Assembly (NCBI GenBank): GCA_963555755.3
Contig: OY820905.2
Location: forward strand, 1,248,001-1,312,000
Direction: 5' to 3'
Length of the DNA: 64,000 bases
DNA from: Nitrospirales bacterium
GTDB lineage: Bacteria > Nitrospirota > Nitrospiria > Nitrospirales > UBA8639
Shown here: piece after piece, positions 28,449-39,313 of the stretch
Layout: every line of letters begins with the position of its first letter
How positions within the stretch are numbered: the first letter of the stretch is position 1
Program-made: the position numbers and the translations under genes
Notes under the pieces: generated by a model
Database searches by the model: none
Told to the model about the DNA's origin: nothing
The model's input: only the letters and a program-made list of their open reading frames with translations

Positions 28449-29009
28449 GTGCCGAGGAACCACACTCAATGCTTGCCTGACCATATTCAACCCGGTGTCC
28501 GGATATTATTTATTGGCATTAATCCAGGATTGCGGTCGGCTGAAGTGAGTCATCACTATGCCGGGCATTCCAACCGATTTTGGAAACTGCTTTATGAATC
28601 GAACTGTGTGCCCATTCCGCTTACCTATCACGACGACTGGCGACTCCCGGAATGGGGCTACGGTCTGACCAATATCGTCGAACGCCCAACCACCGGCATC
28701 CATGAACTCACAACGGTTGATTATACCAAGGGACGCAAAACCCTCCTAATGAAGATTCGTCACTACCGGCCAAAGATTATGGCCGTGTTGGGCATCACCG
28801 TAAGGAATGCGCTATTCCCCACAACCACACACACGCCATCCGGAGAAAAGACAATCACACATCAATCTCGCGTGGGCCTCCAGAATGAAAAATTCGGTGG
28901 CGCTGCCGTCTTTGTGTTGCCTAATCCAAGTGGAAGGAATGCCCATTACTCTTTTGACCAGATGCTCAACCTATTTCGTCAACTTCGAAACCTGAGCAAA
29001 AAAATGTAG
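28449..29009 (+). CDS. mug: G/U mismatch-specific DNA glycosylase (Mug/TDG family)
   Basis: FIGINPGL.S, NRFWKLL, GLTNIV.RPT, LPNPSGRNA. Confidence 0.9.
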   Translation: MPRNHTQCLPDHIQPGVRILFIGINPGLRSAEVSHHYAGHSNRFWKLLYESNCVPIPLTYHDDWRLPEWGYGLTNIVERPTTGIHELTTVDYTKGRKTLLMKIRHYRPKIMAVLGITVRNALFPTTTHTPSGEKTITHQSRVGLQNEKFGGAAVFVLPNPSGRNAHYSFDQMLNLFRQLRNLSKKM

Positions 29010-29013
29010 TTTT

Positions 29014-30639
29014 TTATAATTCTACCAGATGAGGTTTGATATAGAACAGGAGGATAAAGCCCACCAACATCAACACCCCAATTGAGACAACTCCCGCGAC
29101 TCGATCATAGGGAGCCGGCAAGCGAATCTCCAGCCAACGTCCACACCCGACGAGGACCCCTAACACCCCCATCGACACATGTGTACTCTGAATGAGAAAC
29201 TCTTGCTTCAGTTCGGCAATACTGTGTGAATGCGTAAGGAGCAGAATGCCGCCGACAATGCATAACAGTGGAAACACCAACCGCAACTGGGTGTGCGTGA
29301 ACCGTTCATCTCGGGCTCGCCATTCGAACCATCCCAGGCCGAACACGACCCCCGCGGCAAGCCAATGCTGTACCACTTCCGTTTCTTGCAAACTGGCGAT
29401 AAACCCGATCGACCCAAGCGGCCAATGATCCGGATTGGCAAACACAAAGATCACCACGGAAAACCCAATAAACATCAGAGGCCAATACCGTGCCCAGCGA
29501 AATCCGCCAAGCCGATCGAACAACGCCACAATCGCCATGGCAATGATCATCACCCCCGAAAAATTGTGGTTAAATCGATCCCAACTCAGATCTTCCTTCT
29601 TCCCCATTTCACCTGTTCGAAGATCCGTGAGTTCCGGGGCATCGATGAGGATTAATTCCGGCCCGGTTAATCTTGGCGCTTTGGGATGAAACATCGTCCA
29701 CATTTCCGCTGGAGATGCGGTCTCTTTCGGAACATCCACTGACGGAGGAAACCCCGTTAACGAGGCTGCCGTAAATAACAACGCCACGGCCAAAATGATC
29801 TCGACTTCAATGTAGACGGGAACACGCTGCTGCATGATGGTTGGATTATTCGAACTGTTCCACTCCCGCGCCGCAAAAAAGTTCAGTGCGGCCAACACCA
29901 ACACACAAACCAACAATCCGACTTTGACGAGAACCATATTGCCATACCCCGTGCCAATCAGCCCACTCCATCCTCCAACATACATCCATGCTAAATACAG
30001 GCCCGGGACAACAATAAGACTGACGCACGCGATCCCCATGGGAGAAAATCTAGAAACGAGTTCCACCCACAATCCCGAGTCCTCCTGACAGAGAAATTTC
30101 CACAGGAGCAATACATGTGCGACACCACCAGCCCATACGGTTGCACCGAGGACATGGATCATGGTCACCACCATCAACGGGCCGCCCCCTTCAAGCCGGC
30201 TTGCGGCATGACTGAGCCATCCTTCATTCACCATAAACGCCCCAGCACAGACCAGGACGACACACCACCGGCTAGCAGAACCGACCTGCCTTTTGACGAA
30301 CACCAACGCACCGACCAACCCGAGGGCGAGCACGACGCTGATCACCAAACATTGAAACACGCGGGTTTGGGCAAATGCTGAAAACACAGAGGCCCCAGTC
30401 GATACGGTTAAGGCCAAGGGTTTCATGAAGAGTTGAAGAACCCGAAGTCCGGCAAGGCTCATCGCACTAGCAAGGGTCAGGACAAGAACCCGTTGAACGC
30501 CGGTCTGGAGAAGGGGTCGGGTGTCATGAGTGACTCGAAGAACGGCAAGTGCACACCCAATGCCACCCAGCACTAAGGCAAGAGCGATAAGAGTCACGCC
30601 ATCGAGCAAGCCGCTGACGAATTCTAAGAGATCTGTCAT
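29014..30639 (-). CDS. copD: Copper resistance protein CopD family (extended)
   Basis: Many TMs; SHAASR, HVLG..VWAGG, GTGYG..VLVK; downstream of copC. Confidence 0.85.
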   Translation of the reverse strand: MTDLLEFVSGLLDGVTLIALALVLGGIGCALAVLRVTHDTRPLLQTGVQRVLVLTLASAMSLAGLRVLQLFMKPLALTVSTGASVFSAFAQTRVFQCLVISVVLALGLVGALVFVKRQVGSASRWCVVLVCAGAFMVNEGWLSHAASRLEGGGPLMVVTMIHVLGATVWAGGVAHVLLLWKFLCQEDSGLWVELVSRFSPMGIACVSLIVVPGLYLAWMYVGGWSGLIGTGYGNMVLVKVGLLVCVLVLAALNFFAAREWNSSNNPTIMQQRVPVYIEVEIILAVALLFTAASLTGFPPSVDVPKETASPAEMWTMFHPKAPRLTGPELILIDAPELTDLRTGEMGKKEDLSWDRFNHNFSGVMIIAMAIVALFDRLGGFRWARYWPLMFIGFSVVIFVFANPDHWPLGSIGFIASLQETEVVQHWLAAGVVFGLGWFEWRARDERFTHTQLRLVFPLLCIVGGILLLTHSHSIAELKQEFLIQSTHVSMGVLGVLVGCGRWLEIRLPAPYDRVAGVVSIGVLMLVGFILLFYIKPHLVEL

Positions 30640-30648
30640 GGAGTGAAA

Positions 30649-31086
30649 TTATGGAGCAAGAATCGTAAATCGGATGGACCCTTCGGTCACGTGCCCATCC
30701 GTTGCCAGCACCGTATAATTTACGAGATAGACCCCGGGAGGCAAGGGAGGGACCGTCGCGACAATACAATCGACGGTTGACGCGTCCGTCATCTTCAAGG
30801 CTTGTGTGTGTTTCTTCAGATCGACTAACGTGACATGGGTAATCGACGGTTCCAGAGTTGCATTGAAGCGCAGCGATACGACTGCTGGCGACTCCTCAAG
30901 AACAGCCCCATGAGACGGAGAGGATTCAATCAATACGCCATGCCCCCAGGAAGGAGGACAAAGCACAAAGAGGCAGAACAGGGTCACGAGACAAAGGATC
31001 AATCGGTTCGTCAATGTCTGAACACCACGCGTACGTTCGCCCATTTGAGACAATCCTCCATCTGAAAAGACTTCCTTAATCGACAT
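30649..31086 (-). CDS. copC: Copper resistance protein CopC
   Basis: Signal peptide then H..L..SSP..GAVL, L.PG.Y.V.Y.V...DGH...G...F. Confidence 0.9.
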   Translation of the reverse strand: MSIKEVFSDGGLSQMGERTRGVQTLTNRLILCLVTLFCLFVLCPPSWGHGVLIESSPSHGAVLEESPAVVSLRFNATLEPSITHVTLVDLKKHTQALKMTDASTVDCIVATVPPLPPGVYLVNYTVLATDGHVTEGSIRFTILAP

Positions 31087-31284
31087 GAGTGTCTGCTAAT
31101 ACTTGAGACTCGATCATCACCTTCAACTCGGAAATCCACTCTAGGAGCCTGTCCGACCGAAGACTACTGAACCGACCCTCTAGATACAAGTACTTTACAA
31201 ATTTTTCGGCAAACAGCATATTCCGCATGTCATGACCTGAACACCAGCTCATTACCATGTCGGCTTTTATCGAAGGGATTTATC

Positions 31285-32301
31285 ATGCGTGCAAGAAACC
31301 AACGCGTTGGCATCATCCCACTAGCCCTACTCTTGACCGGCCTATGTTCAACGATGGCCACATCTTCAGAGGCCACAGTATTATCGAATGCAGCGGAGAA
31401 AGCCAAGCGAGCCACAATTGGGGTGTTACGCCCTCCCGCAGAACGTGCCACCATTTCTGGCCAAACCCCCTTTTCAATCAGAGGATCAGGAACCCACATT
31501 GGGAACGGCTATCTCCTCACCGCCCGACATGCCATTGAACGCCAAGAAGGTGGGCAAAGGATCACCCCCAAGACCATTCAGGTGATAACCAGCGACCTGC
31601 ACGAACTCGAGGCTACCTTGGTTGGCGTCAATGCCTTTCTCGATATCGCGCTGTATCGCATTCCGAAATCATCACACGCTGCCATCTTAGACCAGGCCAC
31701 CTTTGCTCAAACCGAATCCCTCTCGGGTGATGAAGTGTTCACCGTAGGTTATCCACTGGGATGGGGGCCGGCCCTGAGCTTTGGACGCGTGGGCAACCCC
31801 AATACGTTCCTGGAAACGATTCAATCACGGCTCTTACAAATTGACCTTTCAGCCTGTAGCGGAAACTCCGGGGGGGGATTATTTAACAAGCAAGGTGAGA
31901 TTGTCGGGGTGATCCATGCCATTATTCAAACAGAACCCACGCAAGGGGAACGTCGTTGCAGCCGTTTCGCCTTTGCCGTTCCTGGCCTTATCGTCCAAAA
32001 AATCGCTCAATCCCTGATCGACGGCACAGGGCTCAAATTTTCCAAGCTTGGGGTCCAACTCAGTGTGGTCAAACGCAACCAACACTGGGGCATCGCCGTA
32101 GGAAAAGCCACCGGCCCAGCTCGACAAGCCGGCTTTAAAAAAGGGGACATCTTTCTAGCCATTGACGATCATCCCATTCACACTGCAGCCCAGTTAAAAA
32201 ATTATCTCATCGAGCACACGCAACCCGGACAACAGGTCGCCATCACCATTCTTCGAAACCAGAAACCACACACGCTGAAAGTCATTTTAGGAAGTTCGTA
32301 A
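31285..32301 (+). CDS. Trypsin-like serine protease with PDZ domain (S1C/HtrA-like)
   Basis: LTARH, DIAL, GNSGGGL catalytic triad; C-terminal PDZ. Confidence 0.88.
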   Translation: MRARNQRVGIIPLALLLTGLCSTMATSSEATVLSNAAEKAKRATIGVLRPPAERATISGQTPFSIRGSGTHIGNGYLLTARHAIERQEGGQRITPKTIQVITSDLHELEATLVGVNAFLDIALYRIPKSSHAAILDQATFAQTESLSGDEVFTVGYPLGWGPALSFGRVGNPNTFLETIQSRLLQIDLSACSGNSGGGLFNKQGEIVGVIHAIIQTEPTQGERRCSRFAFAVPGLIVQKIAQSLIDGTGLKFSKLGVQLSVVKRNQHWGIAVGKATGPARQAGFKKGDIFLAIDDHPIHTAAQLKNYLIEHTQPGQQVAITILRNQKPHTLKVILGSS

Positions 32302-32322
32302 AACTCACCACGCAAGCTTTAG

Positions 32323-32672
32323 GAGCGTGTCCCAGATTAGACAGATCTACTGCAGGTGCGCTGGATGTGGCCAGATCTTCCGATCCTTTTCGGGGAATGT
32401 TGAAAAAGGCCCCCAGCTGCGTTCTCTGTAGACGTAAAGCGTGAAGCGTGAAGCGTGATACGTGAAGCAAAAGAGTCGTTTTGACTTTTACCTTCTTGCT
32501 TCCTTACTCATCACGCATTACGCGTCACCCATAACGATTTAGGCCTTGCTGGATGGCCTTTTTGAACATTCCCCGTTTTCGTTAAATAGGCACCACTATT
32601 CGCCTCAAACGATCGAAACATCTGACTCAAACCAGCACCCCCTCGCAACGATCCCTAATCTCGGACAGGCTC
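32323..32672. mobile_element. MITE B containing MITE C containing heptamer repeats
   Basis: B ends match 19862-20021 (inverted); C at 32392-32574; (cgtgaag)n inside C. Confidence 0.8.
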
Positions 32673-32706
32673 CTCGCAAAATAAAAAACTGTCTCATCAC
32701 CACTAA

Positions 32707-32864
32707 GGGTTCGGGCAAGAATAACTTCACCTGTTTGGGTGCTGAGACACCTGTCTGGCAAGGCGCGAGGACTGCGCATACTCCTCGGTATGGAAAGGAC
32801 GAGCAACGCCGCCAGACGGGATGGATCGACGCCCAAACAGGGGAAGTTATTTTTGCGCGAACCC
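32707..32864. mobile_element. MITE family D (158 bp); other copies 34776-34933, 55231-55387, deleted 49357-49435, partial 21687-21764
   Basis: TIR gggttcgcgcaagaataacttc; TAA target duplication. Confidence 0.85.
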
Positions 32865-33108
32865 TAAGGTGACCACGATTTTTTGCATCTCACCATGCAC
32901 ACCAATATCTTTCACGGACTGTTGTGAGCCAGCTGCCGTTTCTAGGTTCAATAAAACCCCACCTTCAGATATATGTCATCTTCATTCAGGTTCATCCGCC
33001 CCTCCCTTAAGACTCTGTTCTAACTGTCCGAAAATAAAGAGGAAAACATGAATATCGGCCGTAGCAATCTCTTACGTCTTCAGGTTGTGCACAGTAAACA
33101 CGTGACTC

Positions 33109-34722
33109 ATGAGTATGCCATCAACAACAGTTAGCCACGGACTTCCTCCGCGAATTGAAGAATTGCTCTCCACAACAGGAGAGGACCTCCCAATCCTTCG
33201 TCGATCGTGCCAAAGTATACTTCATTGCACGGACAACGACAGCTCAAGTGCCAATGATGTCAGCGAAGTCATCATGCGCGATCAAGGACTCATGACCAAA
33301 GTCATCAAATTGGCCAACAGCGTTCTCTATACCACCCTGACCCCCACCACAACCGCATTTCAAGCGGTGAGGATCATCGGATTCGACGAGATCCGAGCCA
33401 TTACCATGAGTGCGGAATTGGTTGAACAAGCCGATGAACGAGGGGGGAGTTCCAACGAACTCAAACGGCTCCTCGCCCAAGCCTTAGTCGCCGCGACAGC
33501 CGCGGTGGAACTTGGCGAAGCCTGCCGATTTCAGAAAAATGGCAATCTCTTTACCAACACCATGCTCTACACATTGGGTGATCTGGTGCTCGCCCACTAT
33601 GTCCCTGACATCTACCATCGATTGGACGTTGCCCGCCACACAGATCCGACAACCGTGGCCTCACTGGAAACAGAACTACTTGGTATGCCCTTGAAAGGCC
33701 TGGCCAGCATGATTGCCAAGGAGTGGGGATTACCAGAAAACATTACCAAAGTCATTCAAGCCACGCCGCATCTCGATGGAAAAATATGGGCGCATCAGCA
33801 GGATAAACTGGTCGGGATTGTCTTTGCTGCAAATGAATTGGGACGGTGTGTCTTATCCCCACCCACGGCATTCAATCAATCCACCATGCGGAAACTCATT
33901 GAGAACATTCCCAAAGCCCTTACGATCCCACCCCGCACCATGAAGACGATTCTGCTCCACACGTTTACAAGAGTGGTTCAATTTGCCGACACCGTGAATA
34001 TTGAACGAAAATTCTTTTTGCCCAATCCGCAATGGGCGACCTTGCCAGCACCAAATCCTTATCAGGGATTGATGACAGAAATAGCCAAAGCGGCCACTGC
34101 GTTGAAAAAGGAAGAACCTAAAATACACTTGGCAGCGATGAATCATGAAGACGAGTCGGACCTGCTGTCGTCCCCTCCATCACCCGAAGAACCGGTACCG
34201 AGGGAATCTGATGTATTTTTCTGGTTGCAAGAGTTTAGTCTGCAAGCACTCTCCACATCTGATGCCAATCAAATCCTGAAGCTCGGAGCGGCAGGGTTGC
34301 ACAAAGCAGGACAGTTCGAACGCGTTGTGATGACTCTTCTCTCACCGGAGACCGGCATGCTTGAACCTCGCATAGGGCACGGCCCACAGGTTCAGGACCT
34401 GTTACCGCTCTTCCGGTGCCCCGCAAAAGGGTATCATTTGTTAGCAGTGGCCTGTAATCGGTATGAGCCTATGAAGGTGGACAATTTTCAAACCGAAGTG
34501 CAAATGGGGAGAATTCCACTAGAGTTTCTCAAACAATGGGGAGACACCACCTGCTTATTCGGCCCCATATTTGCTAAAGCCAAACCCGTCGGAGTCATCA
34601 TCGCTGATCGTGGGGTCACCAATACCCCCATCACCGACCACGACTACTCAATCTTCATGATGGTTCTCGCCCAAATCAACATGAACCTCACTCGCCTCGC
34701 CACCGCACATCCCTCTAACTGA
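33109..34722 (+). CDS. HDOD domain signalling protein with C-terminal GAF-like domain
   Basis: LP.L...D..L..KVIKLANS.LY, AV.IIGF..IR, A..WGLP; GVIIADR. Confidence 0.85.
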   Translation: MSMPSTTVSHGLPPRIEELLSTTGEDLPILRRSCQSILHCTDNDSSSANDVSEVIMRDQGLMTKVIKLANSVLYTTLTPTTTAFQAVRIIGFDEIRAITMSAELVEQADERGGSSNELKRLLAQALVAATAAVELGEACRFQKNGNLFTNTMLYTLGDLVLAHYVPDIYHRLDVARHTDPTTVASLETELLGMPLKGLASMIAKEWGLPENITKVIQATPHLDGKIWAHQQDKLVGIVFAANELGRCVLSPPTAFNQSTMRKLIENIPKALTIPPRTMKTILLHTFTRVVQFADTVNIERKFFLPNPQWATLPAPNPYQGLMTEIAKAATALKKEEPKIHLAAMNHEDESDLLSSPPSPEEPVPRESDVFFWLQEFSLQALSTSDANQILKLGAAGLHKAGQFERVVMTLLSPETGMLEPRIGHGPQVQDLLPLFRCPAKGYHLLAVACNRYEPMKVDNFQTEVQMGRIPLEFLKQWGDTTCLFGPIFAKAKPVGVIIADRGVTNTPITDHDYSIFMMVLAQINMNLTRLATAHPSN

Positions 34723-34933
34723 GTAACCATTCCTCAACAGGGAAAAATGACCTCTTTGGCAACCCATGCAACTAAGGGCTCGCGTAAAAATAACTTCCAC
34801 TGTTTGGCCATCGATCCATCCCGTCTGGCGGCATCGCTCATCGCTTCCATACTCCCGGTATGCGCACTCTTCGCTCCTTGGCTCGCTCCAAAATCACCTC
34901 GGCCAATGGTGCCGGTTATTTCGTGATGGACCC

Positions 34934-35386
34934 TTACCGCATCTGATTGGTATTCGGGACGTACTCATCTACTCGATCGATAAACCATAGCCCTTCCTCT
35001 CCCTTCACAAGGGAATAGAGTTCATCTTTGACGGCAGATCCCATCCAGGACGACACCGGCACACGAAGAATGACTCGCGCCTCATTTCCTTGAATGTCTT
35101 CGTACAGGATCCGACCTTGCCCATATTTTAAGCGTAGCCCTCGAAGAATGGGGTCCTGGGCATCAATCCAATCTTGCCTCGGGATGCCTTGACGAAAGTT
35201 CAATGTGGTCATATTGGCAGCCCGATCCAAATTATCCGGATACACGGTGATCCATAACTGCACAACGTCTCCAGGCGTTAACGACGGCGACTGAGCTAGA
35301 AGTTGCCAAGGGAAACCGAGGAGGATGAGAAGGCTGACGCACCCACCCCATTTCGTGCAGCAATCAACCATAGACAGGATCTTCAT
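34934..35386 (-). CDS. Hypothetical exported protein
   Basis: RBS aaggag before ATG 35386; signal-like segment. Confidence 0.55.
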   Translation of the reverse strand: MKILSMVDCCTKWGGCVSLLILLGFPWQLLAQSPSLTPGDVVQLWITVYPDNLDRAANMTTLNFRQGIPRQDWIDAQDPILRGLRLKYGQGRILYEDIQGNEARVILRVPVSSWMGSAVKDELYSLVKGEEGLWFIDRVDEYVPNTNQMR

Positions 35387-35663
35387 GAGGAATCGCTCCT
35401 TTGCCACATCAATTTCTAGTGATACCCTAACACCGCTTGTCGGTGAAAACAAAAATCGCCTTGGATTGGAATACGGAGCATGTTAGGCTTCCACATCAAA
35501 GAGACACCGTGAGGACACGCCACGCAACTTGAACGGACAGATTCGTCGGGAGAAAGAATCCATGTCCAGTTTCAACTCGACCGACATTCCTTGACCGACT
35601 CCTTTTCTGAACAGTATAGTCGTATAAGTATTGCATAGGATTTTATCTCATTCTGTTCTTCTT

Positions 35664-35993
35664 ATGGCCACTCTCGAAGGAAAAAAGCTCGGGCTACTTC
35701 TCTCCACCCCCCCCACGCATCCCAACGCAGAAACGGTGGCACAATTAAGCAAAGCTGCTCAGCATGCCAAGGTTCAAGTCTATTTGTATTTGATTGATGA
35801 AGGCGTGAAAAATCTGGAAAATCCCACCATTCGAGATCTTACGGATTCAGGTGTCAAATTGAGTGTCTGTGCCTATGGATGCCAACAACACAAGGTTTCA
35901 ACCGATGGGTATGGTCCAGATGTAACATTTTGCGGGTTGGTGGTTCTATCGCAAATCGTGACTGGCTGCGATCAGTTTGTCGCCTTCAATTAG
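35664..35993 (+). CDS. DsrE family sulfur-relay protein
   Basis: YLIDEGV, CAYGC, CDQFVAF; sigma70-like ttgacc...tatagt at 35591-35620. Confidence 0.8.
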   Translation: MATLEGKKLGLLLSTPPTHPNAETVAQLSKAAQHAKVQVYLYLIDEGVKNLENPTIRDLTDSGVKLSVCAYGCQQHKVSTDGYGPDVTFCGLVVLSQIVTGCDQFVAFN

Positions 35994-36228
35994 TCGTTCC
36001 GTTTTTCCACTCAGAGGTCTGAAAGACGTGAAGGATCTGCCCCCGCTTGATTATTCGACGTTTTTCACAGTTTAAGGTTTTCGAATCGGTGCACTTTTTT
36101 TTTCATCACCCCACATTCCTTATTCGGCAAACTCAAAAACTAGCCTAGAAAAAATGTCAGGCGACCTTGCAAGACCTTTTCGGGAACGGCCTCAACAATA
36201 GGAAACATTTGATCTGATCAGACTCGAT

Positions 36229-36924
36229 TTACGCAGGTCTGCTTCGTGGGCGGCCACGGGGGAGTGGAGCAATACGACGATCAATCTTCCGAGCTAGGCG
36301 GGCTTTAAACCGCTCACTTCCTAAGACCCAGGCCTTGTTCGTCGCCTCACGAATCGCGTCCAGGGTTTCCCCACTCAACTTGCGCCGAAACAATTCCCGA
36401 TACGCCTTCTGCCGCTCCGCTGCTGTTCGCCCCAGTCGTTGATATAAGGCATGGGGCGTCAACCATGGCTCAGCTTTGCCCTCCGCCTGGAAGTGATAAC
36501 TCGACCACAGATACTCTCGCGGATGCCTCACCATCTCCGCCCTCACGGGATTGAGTTCAATATACCGGCAACAGGCGAGAAGGTAGGCTTCACTGTCAAT
36601 GAGGGTTGCCCGATACCGGCCTTCCCATAATGTTCCGGTCCGCTGATAGGTCGTATTCACGTACTGAACATACCGCCGGCCCAGCGATTGAAACATCTTT
36701 GGCAGGCTGTAGGGCTGTTCAGGAGTCAGAAGGATATGCACATGGTTGGTCATGAGTACATAGGCGTGCAGGGTACAACCGTGGCGGCGAGCCGCCTCGC
36801 CAAGCCAATCAAGGTAGATGCGATAATCGGCCTTGTTAAAGAACAGGGCATCTCGATTATTTCCACGTTGAATCACGTGCAACGGATATCCGGGCACAAA
36901 AAAACGAGGTAAGCGCGCCATCAC
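36229..36924 (-). CDS. REP-associated tyrosine (HUH, Y1) transposase, RAYT
   Basis: MARLPR, HVIQRGNNR, AYVLMTNHVH, LWEGRY, YIELNPVRA, Y.WSS. Confidence 0.92.
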   Translation of the reverse strand: MMARLPRFFVPGYPLHVIQRGNNRDALFFNKADYRIYLDWLGEAARRHGCTLHAYVLMTNHVHILLTPEQPYSLPKMFQSLGRRYVQYVNTTYQRTGTLWEGRYRATLIDSEAYLLACCRYIELNPVRAEMVRHPREYLWSSYHFQAEGKAEPWLTPHALYQRLGRTAAERQKAYRELFRRKLSGETLDAIREATNKAWVLGSERFKARLARKIDRRIAPLPRGRPRSRPA

Positions 36925-36950
36925 ACCCTCCTTTTCTCATAAATTCATAG

Positions 36951-37358
36951 GAGCCTGTCCCAGATTAGACGAATCTACTGCGGATGTGCTGGATGTGGCC
37001 AGATCTTCCGATCCTTTTCGGGGAATGTTGAAAGAGGCTGCCAGCCTTCGCCCAGGCTACGGCAGACAAGCCAGCCGCGTTCCCAGCCTCCGCCGAGCCT
37101 CCTTCGCCGAAGTGGCTACGAAGGCTGAAAGCGGTTTCGCGCAGGCAGGTCGGGCTTTGGGTGTGCTCACGTACTCCGTGTACGCTCCGCGCGCCCAAAG
37201 CCCTGCGGCCTTGCTGGACGACCCCCCGCCTCCGCGAGGGCATGCTTTTTGAACAGTCCCCCTTTTCGTTGCATAGTCCCACTATTCGCCTTAAATGATC
37301 GAAACATCTGACACAAACCAGCACATCCTCGTGACGATCGCTAATCTCGGACAGCCTC
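36951..37358. mobile_element. MITE B containing MITE C (TSD cttttc) with further small hairpin inserts
   Basis: B ends; C at 37020-37261; inner gccgagcctccttcgccgaag...gaaggc unit also near 18195 and 50090. Confidence 0.8.
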
Positions 37359-37482
37359 CTCGCGAGAGTCGAAAGATAACACAAAGCCAGATTAAAATCG
37401 AGTCTGACCCCATTATTATAATTGGGAACGCAGCTGGTGGCCCCTTCGGTGATACTGAGGACCTGCTTTTTCAACAGCTCTC

Positions 37483-39177
37483 TTAGGCGGATGGGAGGGA
37501 GGAGAAAATTTCTTGATATTCGCGAACGGCTTGGTCCCAGGAAAACCGGTCTAACATGTGAAAGCCTTGATTTATCATTTGGGCATAGCCTGTTTGATCC
37601 GTTTGGTAGAGTTCGATAGCATGACGTAACGCGCCTTCAGCGGCTTGGACCATTGAACGAAACAAGGGAATCTGCATTCGTTCTTGTAACCGGTCGCCTC
37701 CAGGCCAATAGGCACAATCCAAAATTGCGCTCCATCCTTGTGCTGCCTCTTTCACACCAAGTCCTGACTCGCGAAAGAGGAACCCTGTTGGAGCGTCTGA
37801 TTGCCGATGAAACTGATCGCTCAAAGTACGGACTGCCGCATTCAACGCAACAGAAGGATACGGCACAACCTGCTGAACCAACCCACCGGTCGCTCTTGCC
37901 ACCACAGGCGTGCCAACAGCATAGCCTTCCGTCGCCCCACCAAAGGGTTCATAGAGGGAACACATCACCATGAACGACGCTCCACGTTGAAGTTCCGTGT
38001 ATCCTTGCTCCATCCGAAAAGGGAACACCTTCACCTCACCCGGTCGACGCTTGGCCAGGTTTTGTAAAAATTGCAGCCCTTGAATCCCTTCGTCTCCAGG
38101 AATCGGAGTAAAGACAAACTTCGCCTGCCCAGGTGGGATACGGTCGATAGCTGCTGCCGCAAGGTCATAGCCCTTTTGTCGCGGATCATCCCGACCAAAA
38201 AACAGAAACACCGGCCCTTCAAAATTGTTGAAATCTAACGACCCCCATGCCCTCTCAGGTTGATACGCTTCCAGCTTTTGGATCATCTCCCGGCGACGCG
38301 TGGCTTTTTCTTCCAGGAGACCATGGTAATTTCCAGAAGCAGTTTTGGTTCGGGCTTCCGGTGAAAAATCAAGTTGGCTAAACAGTCCATTGTTAATTCC
38401 TCGAATCGTCCGTTTTTTAAACATCGCCTGAAGATGCGGGGTAAAGATGTCCCGATGCACGGGTTCATGAATCAGCTCATGCGCAAAATGCTGGGAGACC
38501 GTGCAAATGGGACCATCAAAATATGGGCCAGCTTTGGCAAGAACCGTCGGGCCAGGAAGCACACGATTCATCATTCTTTTCATTTCCGCTTGACTCACAA
38601 GCCTATCATAGGAGTTGTGCAAGGTTAATAAGCAGGAGATCCCAGAAAGCCGGGCATCATCCTTGGCAACGATGGCCGCCCCCGCTGCCTCCCAGTCTTG
38701 GAGACACAACACCACATTCTGAGTCAGTCCTAACGCCACCAGGGCATTGGGTACAGCCGATGAGAACATTAAGGAGTCATCGAGTAGTTGCTCCGGGTGC
38801 GCCGGATTCAAATAGGGATTGCATGGAGCTTCCATACCAGGTGGATCTCCGCAATCACAGGGTGCATTAAAAAAATTCTGAGAATCGAACAGGTAGGTTG
38901 TAAACCCGTCGCCACTTTGATGCTGAAAAATCTCAACCTGATGATTCTTCCCATCATAGACAAGAGAAAACGTGATGCCTGTTGATTGAATGGAATCCAT
39001 GAGCTTGGGCTTACACTTGGTGATCTCGCGAAAAAACGGTGTAAAAGTAACACACCGATCATCACTCATGCCTGCCATATGTTTGGGCAACAGACGCATC
39101 ACCGCCGCCAGCCCGCCGAGCGGAGCAAACTCATTTTCGAAGGAGACAAAAACAATCGTTTTGATTTGCTTATTCAT
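37483..39177 (-). CDS. Glycogen/starch synthase-like glycosyltransferase (GT-B)
   Basis: GGL.AV, QDWE, LTLHN, GINNG, GR..P.QKG.D, SLYEPFG, ARATGGL. Confidence 0.8.
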   Translation of the reverse strand: MNKQIKTIVFVSFENEFAPLGGLAAVMRLLPKHMAGMSDDRCVTFTPFFREITKCKPKLMDSIQSTGITFSLVYDGKNHQVEIFQHQSGDGFTTYLFDSQNFFNAPCDCGDPPGMEAPCNPYLNPAHPEQLLDDSLMFSSAVPNALVALGLTQNVVLCLQDWEAAGAAIVAKDDARLSGISCLLTLHNSYDRLVSQAEMKRMMNRVLPGPTVLAKAGPYFDGPICTVSQHFAHELIHEPVHRDIFTPHLQAMFKKRTIRGINNGLFSQLDFSPEARTKTASGNYHGLLEEKATRRREMIQKLEAYQPERAWGSLDFNNFEGPVFLFFGRDDPRQKGYDLAAAAIDRIPPGQAKFVFTPIPGDEGIQGLQFLQNLAKRRPGEVKVFPFRMEQGYTELQRGASFMVMCSLYEPFGGATEGYAVGTPVVARATGGLVQQVVPYPSVALNAAVRTLSDQFHRQSDAPTGFLFRESGLGVKEAAQGWSAILDCAYWPGGDRLQERMQIPLFRSMVQAAEGALRHAIELYQTDQTGYAQMINQGFHMLDRFSWDQAVREYQEIFSSLPSA

Positions 39178-39313
39178 TTTTAACAAGGGGAAAATCAAGA
39201 AAAAAGGCCCCACACCATTCACCCTTTCAAGGTAAAAAGTATGAAGCCACTTTTCTACGATTTCGCAAGAACTCTTGTCAGAAACGTGTGATGGGAGAAT
39301 CTATCCTCCGCGA

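Noticed and set aside
31141..31183. Possible mini MITE B between copC and the protease gene
   Set aside because: Only the left end (ctaggagcctgtccga) matches; the right end is too degenerate to call
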